Assembly (NCBI GenBank): GCA_965261485.1
Contig: CBDHCY010000005.1
Location: 565,763-629,762, forward strand
From: Leptospiria bacterium
GTDB taxonomy: Bacteria > Spirochaetota > Leptospiria > Turneriellales > CBDBES01
Length of the DNA stretch: 64,000 nt
Direction of reading: 5' to 3'
In this document: piece by piece, positions 28,156-37,830 of the stretch
Layout: the number at the start of each line of letters is the position of its first letter
Numbering within the stretch: position 1 is the first letter of the stretch
Made by a program: the position numbers and the translations under genes
The notes under the pieces: model-generated
Database searches by the model: none
The model's input: the letters and a program-made list of their open reading frames with translations, nothing else
Told to the model about the DNA's origin: nothing

Positions 28156-28593
28156 TTATTGGTATACTGGAGCAATATCAGAATAGTGATTTCTAGGTTG
28201 ATAAATACGAATATAATTAAGCTTCATTTTTGTTCTTACTAGAGAGTCTCTTTTTTTGGGATTACCCCAAGGCGATATACCGATGTCAGCAGGTAGATGC
28301 ATTATACCCACTTGTTCAAAGGCAATTTCTTTAGAATTTATGCGTAAAGTTCTAAAATGTGCCATATGCTTGTCAGAATTAGTGGCGATGTCTCTTTGGT
28401 GTTGGTTACGCCCTAAACGTAAAGTAACTAATTTTATTGGTAAAAGTTCTAATTTCGTAAAAGGAAGTTCTTTACCACTTTGCCCGAGATCATTCTCCAC
28501 CCAAATATAGTTACGATAAATAATTATTTTAAATATTTTCTTCAGCTTTAAAAAGTAAATAGAATTATTATGACAATGCTGTTGCTTAATCAT
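28156..28593 (-). pseudogene. Probable gene remnant; C-terminus resembles the end of glycoside hydrolase family 16 domains
   Basis: Ends MKLNYIRIYQP (cf. GH16 MxVDYVRVYQ); no ExDxxE catalytic motif; N-terminal part looks like AT-rich non-coding sequence. Confidence 0.35.
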
Positions 28594-28725
28594 TCTCTTT
28601 TAAATATCAAAATAAAAACAAAAATGTTCACTTTAATATTATCCTCTTAATTAAGTGAGGGTTTATATATAATCATCTTAAATACTTTGAATTTATCATA
28701 TTTTTATAAAAATTAAAATTTTTAT

Positions 28726-28754
28726 TTGACCAGTTACATAATACCATATAGAAT
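28726..28754 (+). promoter_or_regulatory. sigma70-like promoter of rpsP-khpA
   Basis: TTGACC-N17-TAGAAT. Confidence 0.6.
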
Positions 28755-28774
28755 GGCAGATATTGTATTGTGGT

Positions 28775-29116
28775 ATGCGTGTTCGATTAAGATTACAGAG
28801 ATTTGGAAGAAAAAAGTTGCCTTTCTATAGAATTGTTGCAACTTCCTCTTCAGTGAAGCGGGATGGTCGTTTTCTTGAGATTGTGGGTATTTATCACCCA
28901 ACAATAAAAGATTTGTCTAATCAAATAAAATTAAACGAAGAAAAAATATTGTCGTGGCTAAACAAAGGAGCTTCTCCCTCAGAAACAGTGAAGAAAATTC
29001 TTTCTAACACTGGTTTATGGAAACAGTATACAAGTGAAGCATCAGACAGAATAAAAACAAAAAAGCAAAAAAAGAAAAATAGAAAAAAATCTAATTTTTC
29101 TATGGAGGGTAAATAA
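28775..29116 (+). CDS. rpsP: 30S ribosomal protein S16
   Basis: VRLRLQRFGRKKLPFYRIV, KRDGRFLEIVGIY, WLNKGASPSETV. Confidence 0.97.
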   Translation: MRVRLRLQRFGRKKLPFYRIVATSSSVKRDGRFLEIVGIYHPTIKDLSNQIKLNEEKILSWLNKGASPSETVKKILSNTGLWKQYTSEASDRIKTKKQKKKNRKKSNFSMEGK

Positions 29117-29123
29117 ACTATTT

Positions 29124-29405
29124 ATGGCAGATAATACTTATTCAGACCCAATAGGTCTCCTTGAGTTTCTCGCTAGAAATCTAGTTACTTTAGAGGAGGG
29201 TATTTCTATAAACCCTATTTTTAGTTCAGATTCTCTTGTTTTAGAGCTTAGCGTAGAAGAAGAAGATATTGGTCGAATGATTGGTAAAGGTGGTCGGGTT
29301 GTTCGGACGATACGCACTTTATTGCAATCAATATCGCATAAAGATTTTTACATCGAAGGTAAAGAAGAGGTTTTTCAGAGAATCACTCTTGAAGTTATCT
29401 CATAA
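29124..29405 (+). CDS. khpA: KH-domain RNA-binding protein
   Basis: DIGRMIGKGGRVVRTIRTLL; canonical position after rpsP. Confidence 0.9.
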   Translation: MADNTYSDPIGLLEFLARNLVTLEEGISINPIFSSDSLVLELSVEEEDIGRMIGKGGRVVRTIRTLLQSISHKDFYIEGKEEVFQRITLEVIS

Positions 29406-29414
29406 CGTTACTCT

Positions 29415-31256
29415 TTATTCACTTGGAAATCCAAGTTTAATTGTAAATTGATAAGGTTTTTTAATCGGTACTCCCCAATGAGGGTCTTGCTTCAAAACAT
29501 ACCCATGTCCCTTGATAGTATGTTTACCAGGGTAGTATTTACCTAATAATCTTAAAATATCTTTTTTGCCACGCCCGATGAGGTTAGGCATCTTATTCTT
29601 TTCTATTTTTGTTCTATTCTCATCCAAATTAATTTTATTTAATCTTTTCACCTTATATGTTTGCCCTTGGTAAAGCAATGAAAAGGTTTTTCGAAGTATT
29701 TTTCGAAATACTGGAGCTGCAATAATTCCACCTTGGTAGTGAGATTTTGGATCGGGTTCATCAAATAAAATAAATATCGTTATTTTTGGATTTGTTGCCG
29801 GGAAAAAACCAAGAAAAGAGGCTTGATATTTATCTTTAAAATAACCTTTAGAGTAAGATTTCATTACAGTACCTGTTTTACCAGAAACTTTGATATTAGA
29901 AAATTCGAGATTAGCGAGCTTACCTGTTCCTCCTTCTCTAGTAACAGCTTTTAAATATTGTAAAACTTTTTTACCAGTGTGGGGGCTAACTGTTTTATTA
30001 CGCTCAATAGGAGAAGCTTTAAAAATGAGCTTATTGTCTGCTGTCATAATTTTATTAATTATATGAATCTTAAGAAGTCGACCCCCATTCGCTATACTAT
30101 TTGCGGCAGAAATAATTTGGATAGGTGTTGTCGCAATTCCATGTCCAATAGGAATTGACATTTGCACTGAAGTATCCCATTTACTATAATTTTTTATGAT
30201 TCCTCTACTTTCTCCTGAAATGGAAATCTTTGTAAGTCGACCAAAGCCAAATTGTTTAATAGCTCTATAGTAATCTTTTAAAGGGATTTTTAAAGCTGCT
30301 TCAATAATTCCAGTATTGCAAGATTTTTCAATAATTTTTTGCATATTAAGGTCTTTATGAATACCACTACATCGTATTTTAAAACCATTTCTTTTAATAT
30401 AACCTGGACAAAAAAAACGATCTGTTGATTTTATGAGATGGTTTTCAAGAAGTATAGCTAATGTAAATATTTTAAAAGTAGAGCCTGGCTCATATACCGA
30501 ATTAATCGCTCTATTTTTTCTTTGTTCGGGCAAGGTATTTCTGATATCGTGAGGATTAAAGTTAGGTAAAGAGCTTATTGCTAAAATACGACCAGTATTA
30601 GTCTCAGAGATAATACCAACGGCAGATTTTGAGCTCGTTTCTTCCATCTTTTCACGGAGATGCTTTTCAAGTTGATATTGTAAAAAAGAATGAATTGTCA
30701 AATAAATATTATGTCCCATTCTTGAATGTTCAAATGAAGTTGTGAGTGTTTCATTATATTGAAACTCAACGCCTCCTAAACCTTGATTATCAATATCTAC
30801 AAAACCAATCAAATTTGAAGCAAGTTTTTTATTTGGATAATATCGAGAAGGCTCAATACGAATATGCACGCCTGGAATTCTCATTTTTTTGAGACGTTGA
30901 GCCACAATTATATCAATTTTTCTTTTCAACCAAAAAAAATTTTTGGTTGAATGGTCTTGAATTAATTTCACAATTTTATTTGATGCTAGACTGATCACCG
31001 GTGAAATAAGTTTAGCCGTTTGTTTTATATCTAGAAGCTCTGTAGGACGAATACCTACTGAAGCTGTTTCTTTTGAAATTGCTAACTCATTTCCTACAGA
31101 ATCGTAAATGGTACCTCGGCGAACTTCTTTTAAAGTTTTTCTTTCAAAATTGATCGGCAAAGGGGACTCAAATGTTAATTGATAAGAACGATAAAATAAA
31201 AAAATAAAAATAAAAATAATTAATATTATGAGAGTTCTTAATCGAATTAATGTCAT
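29415..31256 (-). CDS. ftsI: Class B penicillin-binding protein (FtsI/PBP3-like) with C-terminal PASTA-like domain
   Basis: RGTIYD, RYYP, GLGGVE, YEPGSTFK (SxxK), SCN, KTGT, MPNLIG. Confidence 0.85.
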   Translation of the reverse strand: MTLIRLRTLIILIIFIFIFLFYRSYQLTFESPLPINFERKTLKEVRRGTIYDSVGNELAISKETASVGIRPTELLDIKQTAKLISPVISLASNKIVKLIQDHSTKNFFWLKRKIDIIVAQRLKKMRIPGVHIRIEPSRYYPNKKLASNLIGFVDIDNQGLGGVEFQYNETLTTSFEHSRMGHNIYLTIHSFLQYQLEKHLREKMEETSSKSAVGIISETNTGRILAISSLPNFNPHDIRNTLPEQRKNRAINSVYEPGSTFKIFTLAILLENHLIKSTDRFFCPGYIKRNGFKIRCSGIHKDLNMQKIIEKSCNTGIIEAALKIPLKDYYRAIKQFGFGRLTKISISGESRGIIKNYSKWDTSVQMSIPIGHGIATTPIQIISAANSIANGGRLLKIHIINKIMTADNKLIFKASPIERNKTVSPHTGKKVLQYLKAVTREGGTGKLANLEFSNIKVSGKTGTVMKSYSKGYFKDKYQASFLGFFPATNPKITIFILFDEPDPKSHYQGGIIAAPVFRKILRKTFSLLYQGQTYKVKRLNKINLDENRTKIEKNKMPNLIGRGKKDILRLLGKYYPGKHTIKGHGYVLKQDPHWGVPIKKPYQFTIKLGFPSE

Positions 31257-31364
31257 AAACGTTTAGCTTAAAATATTTTTTAAATTTATATCAAATATCT
31301 TTTTTATTTTGAATGATATTCACTTTATGATGAAGATGAAATAGATATACAACAATATTTTATC

Positions 31365-31796
31365 TCAAGGATTAAATATCATCTCTATCTTTTTTAAGAT
31401 AAAAGGGTAAATATCATCTTCAAAATCAAGAGGTTTAATTAAATAAATTGATGTTCTATGCATATACTGATTTAAAATATTTATTAATTTTTTTTTTTGG
31501 AAAGTACCCGGTAAATAAAATGCGGGCCAAATCATAATTTTGTCAATATCTTTATTATATTTTTGATCTGTAGAATTTAATAAATTTTCAATAAATTTTT
31601 TAAGAGGATTATATTTATGATCAATATTTAATAAGTATGTATTAAGGTTAGGTTTATCTTTTTTAAGCTGAATCGAAAAGTTTTCCAAAAGTGATTGAAA
31701 TAAAAGTGATTTTTGACCTGAAAATAAAATAATAAGATGTTGACCTGAATATGCTTGATTATTGAGTATTTTTTGTGCTTTATCTAAAAAACTCAT
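31365..31796 (-). CDS. Hypothetical protein, weakly resembling the CbiX/SirB chelatase fold
   Basis: LIILFSG...IMIWPAFYLPG...LIKPL pattern; metal-binding His residues absent. Confidence 0.4.
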   Translation of the reverse strand: MSFLDKAQKILNNQAYSGQHLIILFSGQKSLLFQSLLENFSIQLKKDKPNLNTYLLNIDHKYNPLKKFIENLLNSTDQKYNKDIDKIMIWPAFYLPGTFQKKKLINILNQYMHRTSIYLIKPLDFEDDIYPFILKKIEMIFNP

Positions 31797-31808
31797 GAGA
31801 ATTCTTAT

Positions 31809-32801
31809 CTAGAAATGATTAAATTTAGGAATCTTGTAATTAGAAATATTTAATATTTCATTTTTATTAAAATATTGAATATTTGAAGACATACCTACAG
31901 ATAACACCTCACCGATCACTTTTAAAGTAGAATGATATTTACTTGATACGTCTACTTGTTTTTTAGATTCAGATGGAATAATCATAAGCATTGTAAAATC
32001 TTCTCCCCCTCCTAAAAGATATTTTAACCTATCTGAGAACTTGATATTCTCTAATTCGGGTGGATAGCAAATTTGATCGATAAAAATATTAAATTGAGCT
32101 AAATTCTCTGCGGATAAAATATTAAGACTTTCATAAAGACTATCTGAAACATCAATACTTGCTTTTACATTGAGTTCTTTCAGTAAAAAACGGCCAGCCC
32201 ATTGAGCATTAGGTCTTGTATAATATTTTTTAACATGAAGTTTTATCTGAGATAAATCTTGTTTACAAGTTTTCAATTGATCTAAAGCAAATGAGCTTCC
32301 ACCTAATTTTCCAAGTAGCACAAGCATATCTCCTTTTTTAAGATTTTTTGATTTTCTTGGTATAAATTCAGAACTTTTACCTAAAATAGTGAGCCCAAAT
32401 GAATCTATCTTTGAAGATGTAGTATCTCCACCGAGAAGTTGAATTCCGTATTTTTTTAAAGAAGTACCAAACATTTGGGCAAAATCAATAATATTTTGAA
32501 AATGAGCTAGAAAAGAATCACTTAGTTGAAGGTTTAGAAGGGCAGAAATTGGATAAACATCTTTAACAATCATATCTGATAGGTTCATCTGAATCAGTTT
32601 ATAAGCCACATCTTTTGGAGAACACCAACTCCAATTAAAGTGTATATTCTCAACGAGTTGATCAGTACTTACAGCGAGATATTTTTTATTAAATAAGGTT
32701 CTTTCAAGAAGACCGACATCATCTTTTATAGATAAGCCAAATTGACCTCCTGTTGGTGCAAACTTCTCTATTGTAGATATAATTTTATTTTCAATATTGA
32801 T
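31809..32801 (-). CDS. thiL: Thiamine-monophosphate kinase (non-canonical ATC start inferred)
   Basis: Frame stays open 64 codons upstream of the ORF-track GTG (32609) and encodes KDDVG and VSTDQLVENIHF; downstream NLSDM, GGDT, DVSDSL, GGEDF. Confidence 0.88.
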   Translation of the reverse strand: MNIENKIISTIEKFAPTGGQFGLSIKDDVGLLERTLFNKKYLAVSTDQLVENIHFNWSWCSPKDVAYKLIQMNLSDMIVKDVYPISALLNLQLSDSFLAHFQNIIDFAQMFGTSLKKYGIQLLGGDTTSSKIDSFGLTILGKSSEFIPRKSKNLKKGDMLVLLGKLGGSSFALDQLKTCKQDLSQIKLHVKKYYTRPNAQWAGRFLLKELNVKASIDVSDSLYESLNILSAENLAQFNIFIDQICYPPELENIKFSDRLKYLLGGGEDFTMLMIIPSESKKQVDVSSKYHSTLKVIGEVLSVGMSSNIQYFNKNEILNISNYKIPKFNHF

Positions 32802-32942
32802 ATTAAATTCCTAAAATTAAAAAGATAAGATAGTTTTAATAAAATTAAATTTATTAAAATTTTAGTCTCATAATCTACTGACTCATTTCATTTTTTTGAT
32901 TCATAGTGTAAAGTTCTGTAAGTCAATCATATTAGTTAAAGG

Positions 32943-33899
32943 TTAAGTAATTATTTTTTTGCCTTGTTTTGAATCATAAACATATTTTGGAAACATATAT
33001 GGGGGTATCATTTGTTTCAGTTCCTCCAAAATTTGCTTTCCTTTCTGAATAGATATATTAAAGTGAGAAGAGCCTTCTACTTGATCTAAGTGATGCAGAT
33101 AGTAAGGTTGAATATTCTCTTTTATTAATTCCTTGAATAGTCGGGATAATATGTCTGAATCATCATTCACTCTTCTCAAAAGTACACTTTGAGAAAACAG
33201 CGGGTAGCCAAGATTGTTTAGTTTTTTAAATATTTTGGAACTTTCTTTTGATAATTCAGAGTGATGATTAATATGAAAGACAAATGATATTATTTTTGAG
33301 GAATACTTAGTTTTAATCATTTTAAAGGTATCAAAGAACTCTCTCGAAAAACGATCTGGAATACTTGTTACTGCTCTTGTATGATATCTTAAAAAAGATA
33401 TTGTTTTTTCTCGAAGAACTGCCTCACTAAGTATTGATAGTGTTTGATTAGAAAGTACAAAAGGATCTCCTCCTGAAAAAATGACCTCATTAATTTTTGG
33501 ATGTCCCCTTATATATTTTTTTAATTTTTTCAAATGAGTAAAGTCGGTAAGATTTATTTTAGCTGTTTTATTATGAATTGCAATTGTTTTTCTTTTGCGA
33601 GTGCAATAACGGCAATAAATAGGGCAAATATCAGTTGTGAGCAATAATAATTTTGATGGATATTTATGGATTAAATAAGGAAGAGGGTGAATATCAGCAT
33701 CTTCTTCTTGGAGGGGATCACTTATATAATGAGGCTGATTTTGTAATTCAAGAGTTGATGGAAAAAATTGCCTTGCTATCCGCAAAGCATCAGATACAGG
33801 TAATTCTTTAATTCTTTTAAGAATGAAATTTGATACTCTCACTCTATACTTCATTATGAGCTCGCTATGTCTTTTCTTTATAAATAAGGGTGTTTCCAT
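32943..33899 (-). CDS. KamA/EpmB-family radical SAM protein
   Basis: DPLQE, HKYP, CPIYCRYCTRK, FSGGDP, HINH, QSVLLRRVND, PYYLHHLD. Confidence 0.9.
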   Translation of the reverse strand: METPLFIKKRHSELIMKYRVRVSNFILKRIKELPVSDALRIARQFFPSTLELQNQPHYISDPLQEEDADIHPLPYLIHKYPSKLLLLTTDICPIYCRYCTRKRKTIAIHNKTAKINLTDFTHLKKLKKYIRGHPKINEVIFSGGDPFVLSNQTLSILSEAVLREKTISFLRYHTRAVTSIPDRFSREFFDTFKMIKTKYSSKIISFVFHINHHSELSKESSKIFKKLNNLGYPLFSQSVLLRRVNDDSDILSRLFKELIKENIQPYYLHHLDQVEGSSHFNISIQKGKQILEELKQMIPPYMFPKYVYDSKQGKKIIT

Positions 33900-34222
33900 C
33901 TTGCTTAGAAACTGTCTTCACTTAAATAACACAGATATCTATTATCTAAATTTTAGAATAATTTTTCATAATTAAATTTATTTGTTACTTTGTAATTCGT
34001 CGTTCTTGCTTAAAAAAATAGAATATTCTATAGCTTTTTAACTACATGCAACATACGGCAAGCATACTCTTTAGATGTAAAGTTGTCAAGAGAAAGAAAA
34101 GAATAAATATAAAAATTACCAGTTATTATTTACCTTAAAGAAGAAAAAAGATTGCCAATTTATATGCTAGTACACACACTGCTCTGTACTTTGCTATGAG
34201 CACTCAAATCTGGAGGTTATAT

Positions 34223-34696
34223 ATGGGCTTTTTAAATAAAATATTTAATATTGGAGTTGTTCTATTTGTTTTTGTCAATACTTTAGTTATTCTATTTTCT
34301 TGCACAAGTGCTGCTGAGAGATCTCAATTAGGTAAAGAATCTATTGACTATCAAACAGAGGGGTGGTTAGATAATCAGACTTTTCAAATTAGAACAATAG
34401 GGTCTCCTAGCTCAAAAGCGAAGGGATTTGTAAAGAGAAGAGTTCAATCAGAAGAAGCTGCTCTTCTGGGTGCACAAAAAAGAGTTCTCGAATTATTGGT
34501 AGGTGCTAATATGAAAAGTGCTTCGGGTTCGCAAGACGGTGAATCTACAGGAATTATTATCACCAAAAAAATTAAGGGATTCCTTAAAGGCGGAGCTATT
34601 ATTCGTAAAAGTTTTGATTCTGATGATAATTGCGAGATTATTTATCGAATACATGCCGAAGATTTAAAAGAGAAAGCAGAATCATTGATTAAATAA
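34223..34696 (+). CDS. LipL21-like lipoprotein
   Basis: GGAGG SD; lipobox ILFS-C; EGW and LVGANMKSASGSQDGESTGIII recall Leptospira LipL21 (from memory, not searched). Confidence 0.65.
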   Translation: MGFLNKIFNIGVVLFVFVNTLVILFSCTSAAERSQLGKESIDYQTEGWLDNQTFQIRTIGSPSSKAKGFVKRRVQSEEAALLGAQKRVLELLVGANMKSASGSQDGESTGIIITKKIKGFLKGGAIIRKSFDSDDNCEIIYRIHAEDLKEKAESLIK

Positions 34697-34726
34697 CGTT
34701 AATATTCATTAAAAATTATTTGATTG

Positions 34727-35170
34727 ATGGCTTTGGTTAAAAATTCACAGGAATCTTCTAATTCTTCGATTGGGCAGAATTCTTTTTTCACAGGTAAGTT
34801 TTACATTAATGGTAGCCTTCGAATTGATGGTAAGTTTGAAGGTCAAAGCTTACACGCAGATCAACTTTATGTCGGTTCTACTGGTAAAGTTAAAACAAAT
34901 ATTATTGCCATGGCAGTAGTTGCAGAAGGGACAATTATTGGTAATATTACCGCAAAAAATAGAGTTTTATTACTGCCTACAGCAAAAATTCTTGGTGATA
35001 TTAAAACTCCTGAATTAATTATACAAAATGGGGTTATTCTTGAGGGAAAATGTAATATCTCTCATGGTACGAAGGTATCAGCGAAAAGTTTTATTGAAGT
35101 TGAATATGAAAAAGATAGCTTAAAAGCCTCAAATCTATTTCCAGATTCTAAAAAAAATCTTAAAAATTAG
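34727..35170 (+). CDS. Bactofilin (polymer-forming cytoskeletal protein)
   Basis: SSIGQNSFFTG, LRIDGKFEG, GTIIGNI, GDIKTPELIIQNGVILEGKC beta-helix repeats. Confidence 0.92.
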   Translation: MALVKNSQESSNSSIGQNSFFTGKFYINGSLRIDGKFEGQSLHADQLYVGSTGKVKTNIIAMAVVAEGTIIGNITAKNRVLLLPTAKILGDIKTPELIIQNGVILEGKCNISHGTKVSAKSFIEVEYEKDSLKASNLFPDSKKNLKN

Positions 35171-35209
35171 TATAATAGCCTAAAAAAAGTTCTTAAAAGA
35201 TCAAATATT

Positions 35210-36256
35210 TTGCAAAGTGATCACAAAATATTTGTAAGTGCTGGCGATTTAGCTGGGATTGGTTGGAAAATTTTGAAGAAAATTATTCTTAGACCAAACG
35301 CTCATCTAAACAGAGAACAACAAACTAAATTGTCTAGTTTAGTCGTAGTGGGTGACTTACTCCAGCCCAAAAAAACAATCATTAATAGCTGTTTCACTCA
35401 AATTCAAATTTCAGAGAAAGAATCTGCTAAGCAAATATTAAAAAAATTACCAATTTCACAAGTAAAACCAATTTTTTTAAATCTAGGCTTAATTAATGTA
35501 AAATTAGGAGAGCCTAGTAAAGAATCAGCAACGAGATCTTTTCTTTATTTAAAAAAAGCTATTCAATTACTAAAAGAAGCCCCAAACTCTTCGTTGTTAA
35601 CACTTCCTGTCTCTAAAGAATGGATTATGAAGTCAAAAATTAATTTTGTTGGACATACCGAAGAATTACAAAAAGCTTTTAAACGAAAAACATGGATGTG
35701 TATGTATCATCCTAATATGGCGGTACTTCTTTTAACTAATCATATACCTATCAAAAAAGTTTCTTCACAAATTAAAAGAATTATTTGTAAAGACTTAGTC
35801 TCAACTCTTTTATTCTTTAAAATTTTTTTTAAATTACTAAAACCAATGGCTCTTTTAGGACTTAATCCTCATGCAGGAGAAGGTGGTAAAATTGGGAACG
35901 AAGAAAAATTTATGCAAAAAATACTCGATCAAATTAATAATAAAGGTATTTTTTTAGAAGGTATTTTTTCTGCTGATTCTTTTTTTACACCTTATTTTAG
36001 AAAAAACTATTCACTTGTGATTGCCTGCTACCACGATCAAGGCTTAATTCCTTTTAAAGCATTATATGGTCTTGATGGAATTAATATTACACTCAATTTA
36101 CCTAAACTTCGAGTGTCTCCTGATCATGGTCCTGCATATTCTTTAGCAAAGCAAGGAAATGCCGATATAAATAGTGTGCTCAAAAGTCTTATTTTTTGTT
36201 TTGAGCGAGGTGAATCATGGATCAAGCATTTCTCCTACCCATTATTGCATGGATAA
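35210..36256 (+). CDS. pdxA: 4-hydroxythreonine-4-phosphate dehydrogenase
   Basis: GDLAGIG, GHTE, GLNPHAGEGG, YHDQGLIPFK, RVSPDHG. Confidence 0.92.
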   Translation: MQSDHKIFVSAGDLAGIGWKILKKIILRPNAHLNREQQTKLSSLVVVGDLLQPKKTIINSCFTQIQISEKESAKQILKKLPISQVKPIFLNLGLINVKLGEPSKESATRSFLYLKKAIQLLKEAPNSSLLTLPVSKEWIMKSKINFVGHTEELQKAFKRKTWMCMYHPNMAVLLLTNHIPIKKVSSQIKRIICKDLVSTLLFFKIFFKLLKPMALLGLNPHAGEGGKIGNEEKFMQKILDQINNKGIFLEGIFSADSFFTPYFRKNYSLVIACYHDQGLIPFKALYGLDGINITLNLPKLRVSPDHGPAYSLAKQGNADINSVLKSLIFCFERGESWIKHFSYPLLHG

Positions 36257-36576
36257 TACTTAGTTTATTTGTTTATTTTAATTCTCAGATAAATATATTC
36301 ATTAAAATTATTTTGGGTATATTTCTCAGTCTTTATATATATCTTTGGTGGAGTGAATTATGTCTCAGTCTCAAATCTCTTTGGACAGGTAAAATAGAAA
36401 TATTTTTATTGACTTTTCAAAAAAGTGCTGATTTTGCTTTTTTCTCTTTATTTTGGGTCTCACCAATCCTATTATTTCTTGCTTTGAGTTCTAAAAAAAA
36501 TCAAAATAAAACTTTATGGAATCTTATTTTATTTTCAAGTATTATCCTTTTGGCTTATTTAGGAACTCACCTATAA
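36217..36576 (+). CDS. Hypothetical membrane protein (about 4 TM)
   Basis: GAGGTG SD; highly hydrophobic 119-aa ORF. Confidence 0.6.
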   Translation: MDQAFLLPIIAWIILSLFVYFNSQINIFIKIILGIFLSLYIYLWWSELCLSLKSLWTGKIEIFLLTFQKSADFAFFSLFWVSPILLFLALSSKKNQNKTLWNLILFSSIILLAYLGTHL

Positions 36577-36696
36577 TTTTTTTAGCTTTAAAATTTACTT
36601 AATTTTGGTTATCTATTTTTATTAATCGGTAGACTTTATATCAAAATATTATTCTTTCATTTACTAAAATAGAATGAGTACAAAAATGTCCTCTAA

Positions 36697-37830
36697 ATGA
36701 AAAAAAGAACTCGAGTTTTAGTTGCTATGTCTGGTGGAGTTGATTCTGCTGTTGCTTGTTTTTTACTTAAAGAACAAGGCTTTGATGTAAAAGGAGCTAA
36801 TATGCGTTTTTGGGAATATGAGGAACCATCTAAAAATGATAAACAAAGAATCTCTTCTTGTTGTTCTCCAGAAGATTTAAATGATGCTGAAAAAGTTGCT
36901 CGCTCTCTTGATATTCCTTTCTACGTTCTCAAAATGGAAGAAAATTTTCAGGAAACAGTAATTAAACCTTTTATTGCTGATTATCAAAATGCGAAAACTC
37001 CGAATCCTTGTGTAAATTGTAATACTTTTATAAAATTTGGAGATTTTTTTAAGAAAACAATGACTCTTGGTTTTGATTATATAGCTACTGGTCACTATGC
37101 AAATATTAAACGGTGTAACAATGGTAGATACGCAATATTTCCTGCTCAAGATCATCATAAAGATCAGTCATATTATTTGTATGGTCTTTCACAAGAGGCA
37201 TTGGCAAAAACTATATTTCCTTTAGCTCATTATACAAAACAAAAAGTGAAAGAGATTGCCCAAGACAATAATCTTCCTGTGGCACATAAGCCAGAATCTC
37301 AGGAAATTTGTTTTATACCTGATAATAATTACAGATCTTTTTTAAAACGCAAACAAGTACAATTTAAAAGTGGCTATATTCGAAATTCTGAGGGTGAAAT
37401 TTTAAGTAAGCACCAAGGAAAAGAAAATTATACGATTGGACAAAGAAAAGGTTTAAATATTTCATCTAAAAAAGCTCTCTATGTTTTAGATATTCAAGAA
37501 GAAGGCGATATAATTGTTGGAAGTAAAGAAGAGCTTGAATGTAAGCAATTTTATTGTATTGATACTGTTTTTCAAGGTCTTGCAGCTAAAGAATTTGATA
37601 CAAATAAAATTTATGTTAAAGCTCAAATTCGCTATAACTCACCAGCTTTGTCTGCCGTTATCTTTAAAGAAACAAATTTTAGTCAAGAGTTTTATTCTCA
37701 AAAAATTGTAATAAAAGTAGAAATGCTTGAATCCTGTTATGCCGTAACTCCCGGACAGACTGTGGTTTTTTATGATAAGGAAGATGGTTCAATACTTGCT
37801 GGTGGTAAAATTAAGAAAGAATTCGCTTAA
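36697..37830 (+). CDS. mnmA: tRNA 2-thiouridylase
   Basis: AMSGGVDS, TPNPCVNCN, ATGHY, KDQSYYL, ESQEICF, YTIGQRKG, TPGQ. Confidence 0.97.
   Translation: MKKRTRVLVAMSGGVDSAVACFLLKEQGFDVKGANMRFWEYEEPSKNDKQRISSCCSPEDLNDAEKVARSLDIPFYVLKMEENFQETVIKPFIADYQNAKTPNPCVNCNTFIKFGDFFKKTMTLGFDYIATGHYANIKRCNNGRYAIFPAQDHHKDQSYYLYGLSQEALAKTIFPLAHYTKQKVKEIAQDNNLPVAHKPESQEICFIPDNNYRSFLKRKQVQFKSGYIRNSEGEILSKHQGKENYTIGQRKGLNISSKKALYVLDIQEEGDIIVGSKEELECKQFYCIDTVFQGLAAKEFDTNKIYVKAQIRYNSPALSAVIFKETNFSQEFYSQKIVIKVEMLESCYAVTPGQTVVFYDKEDGSILAGGKIKKEFA

Noticed and set aside
28256-28510. Plus-strand 84-aa ORF
   Set aside because: Antisense to the GH16-like remnant; no SD or recognisable features
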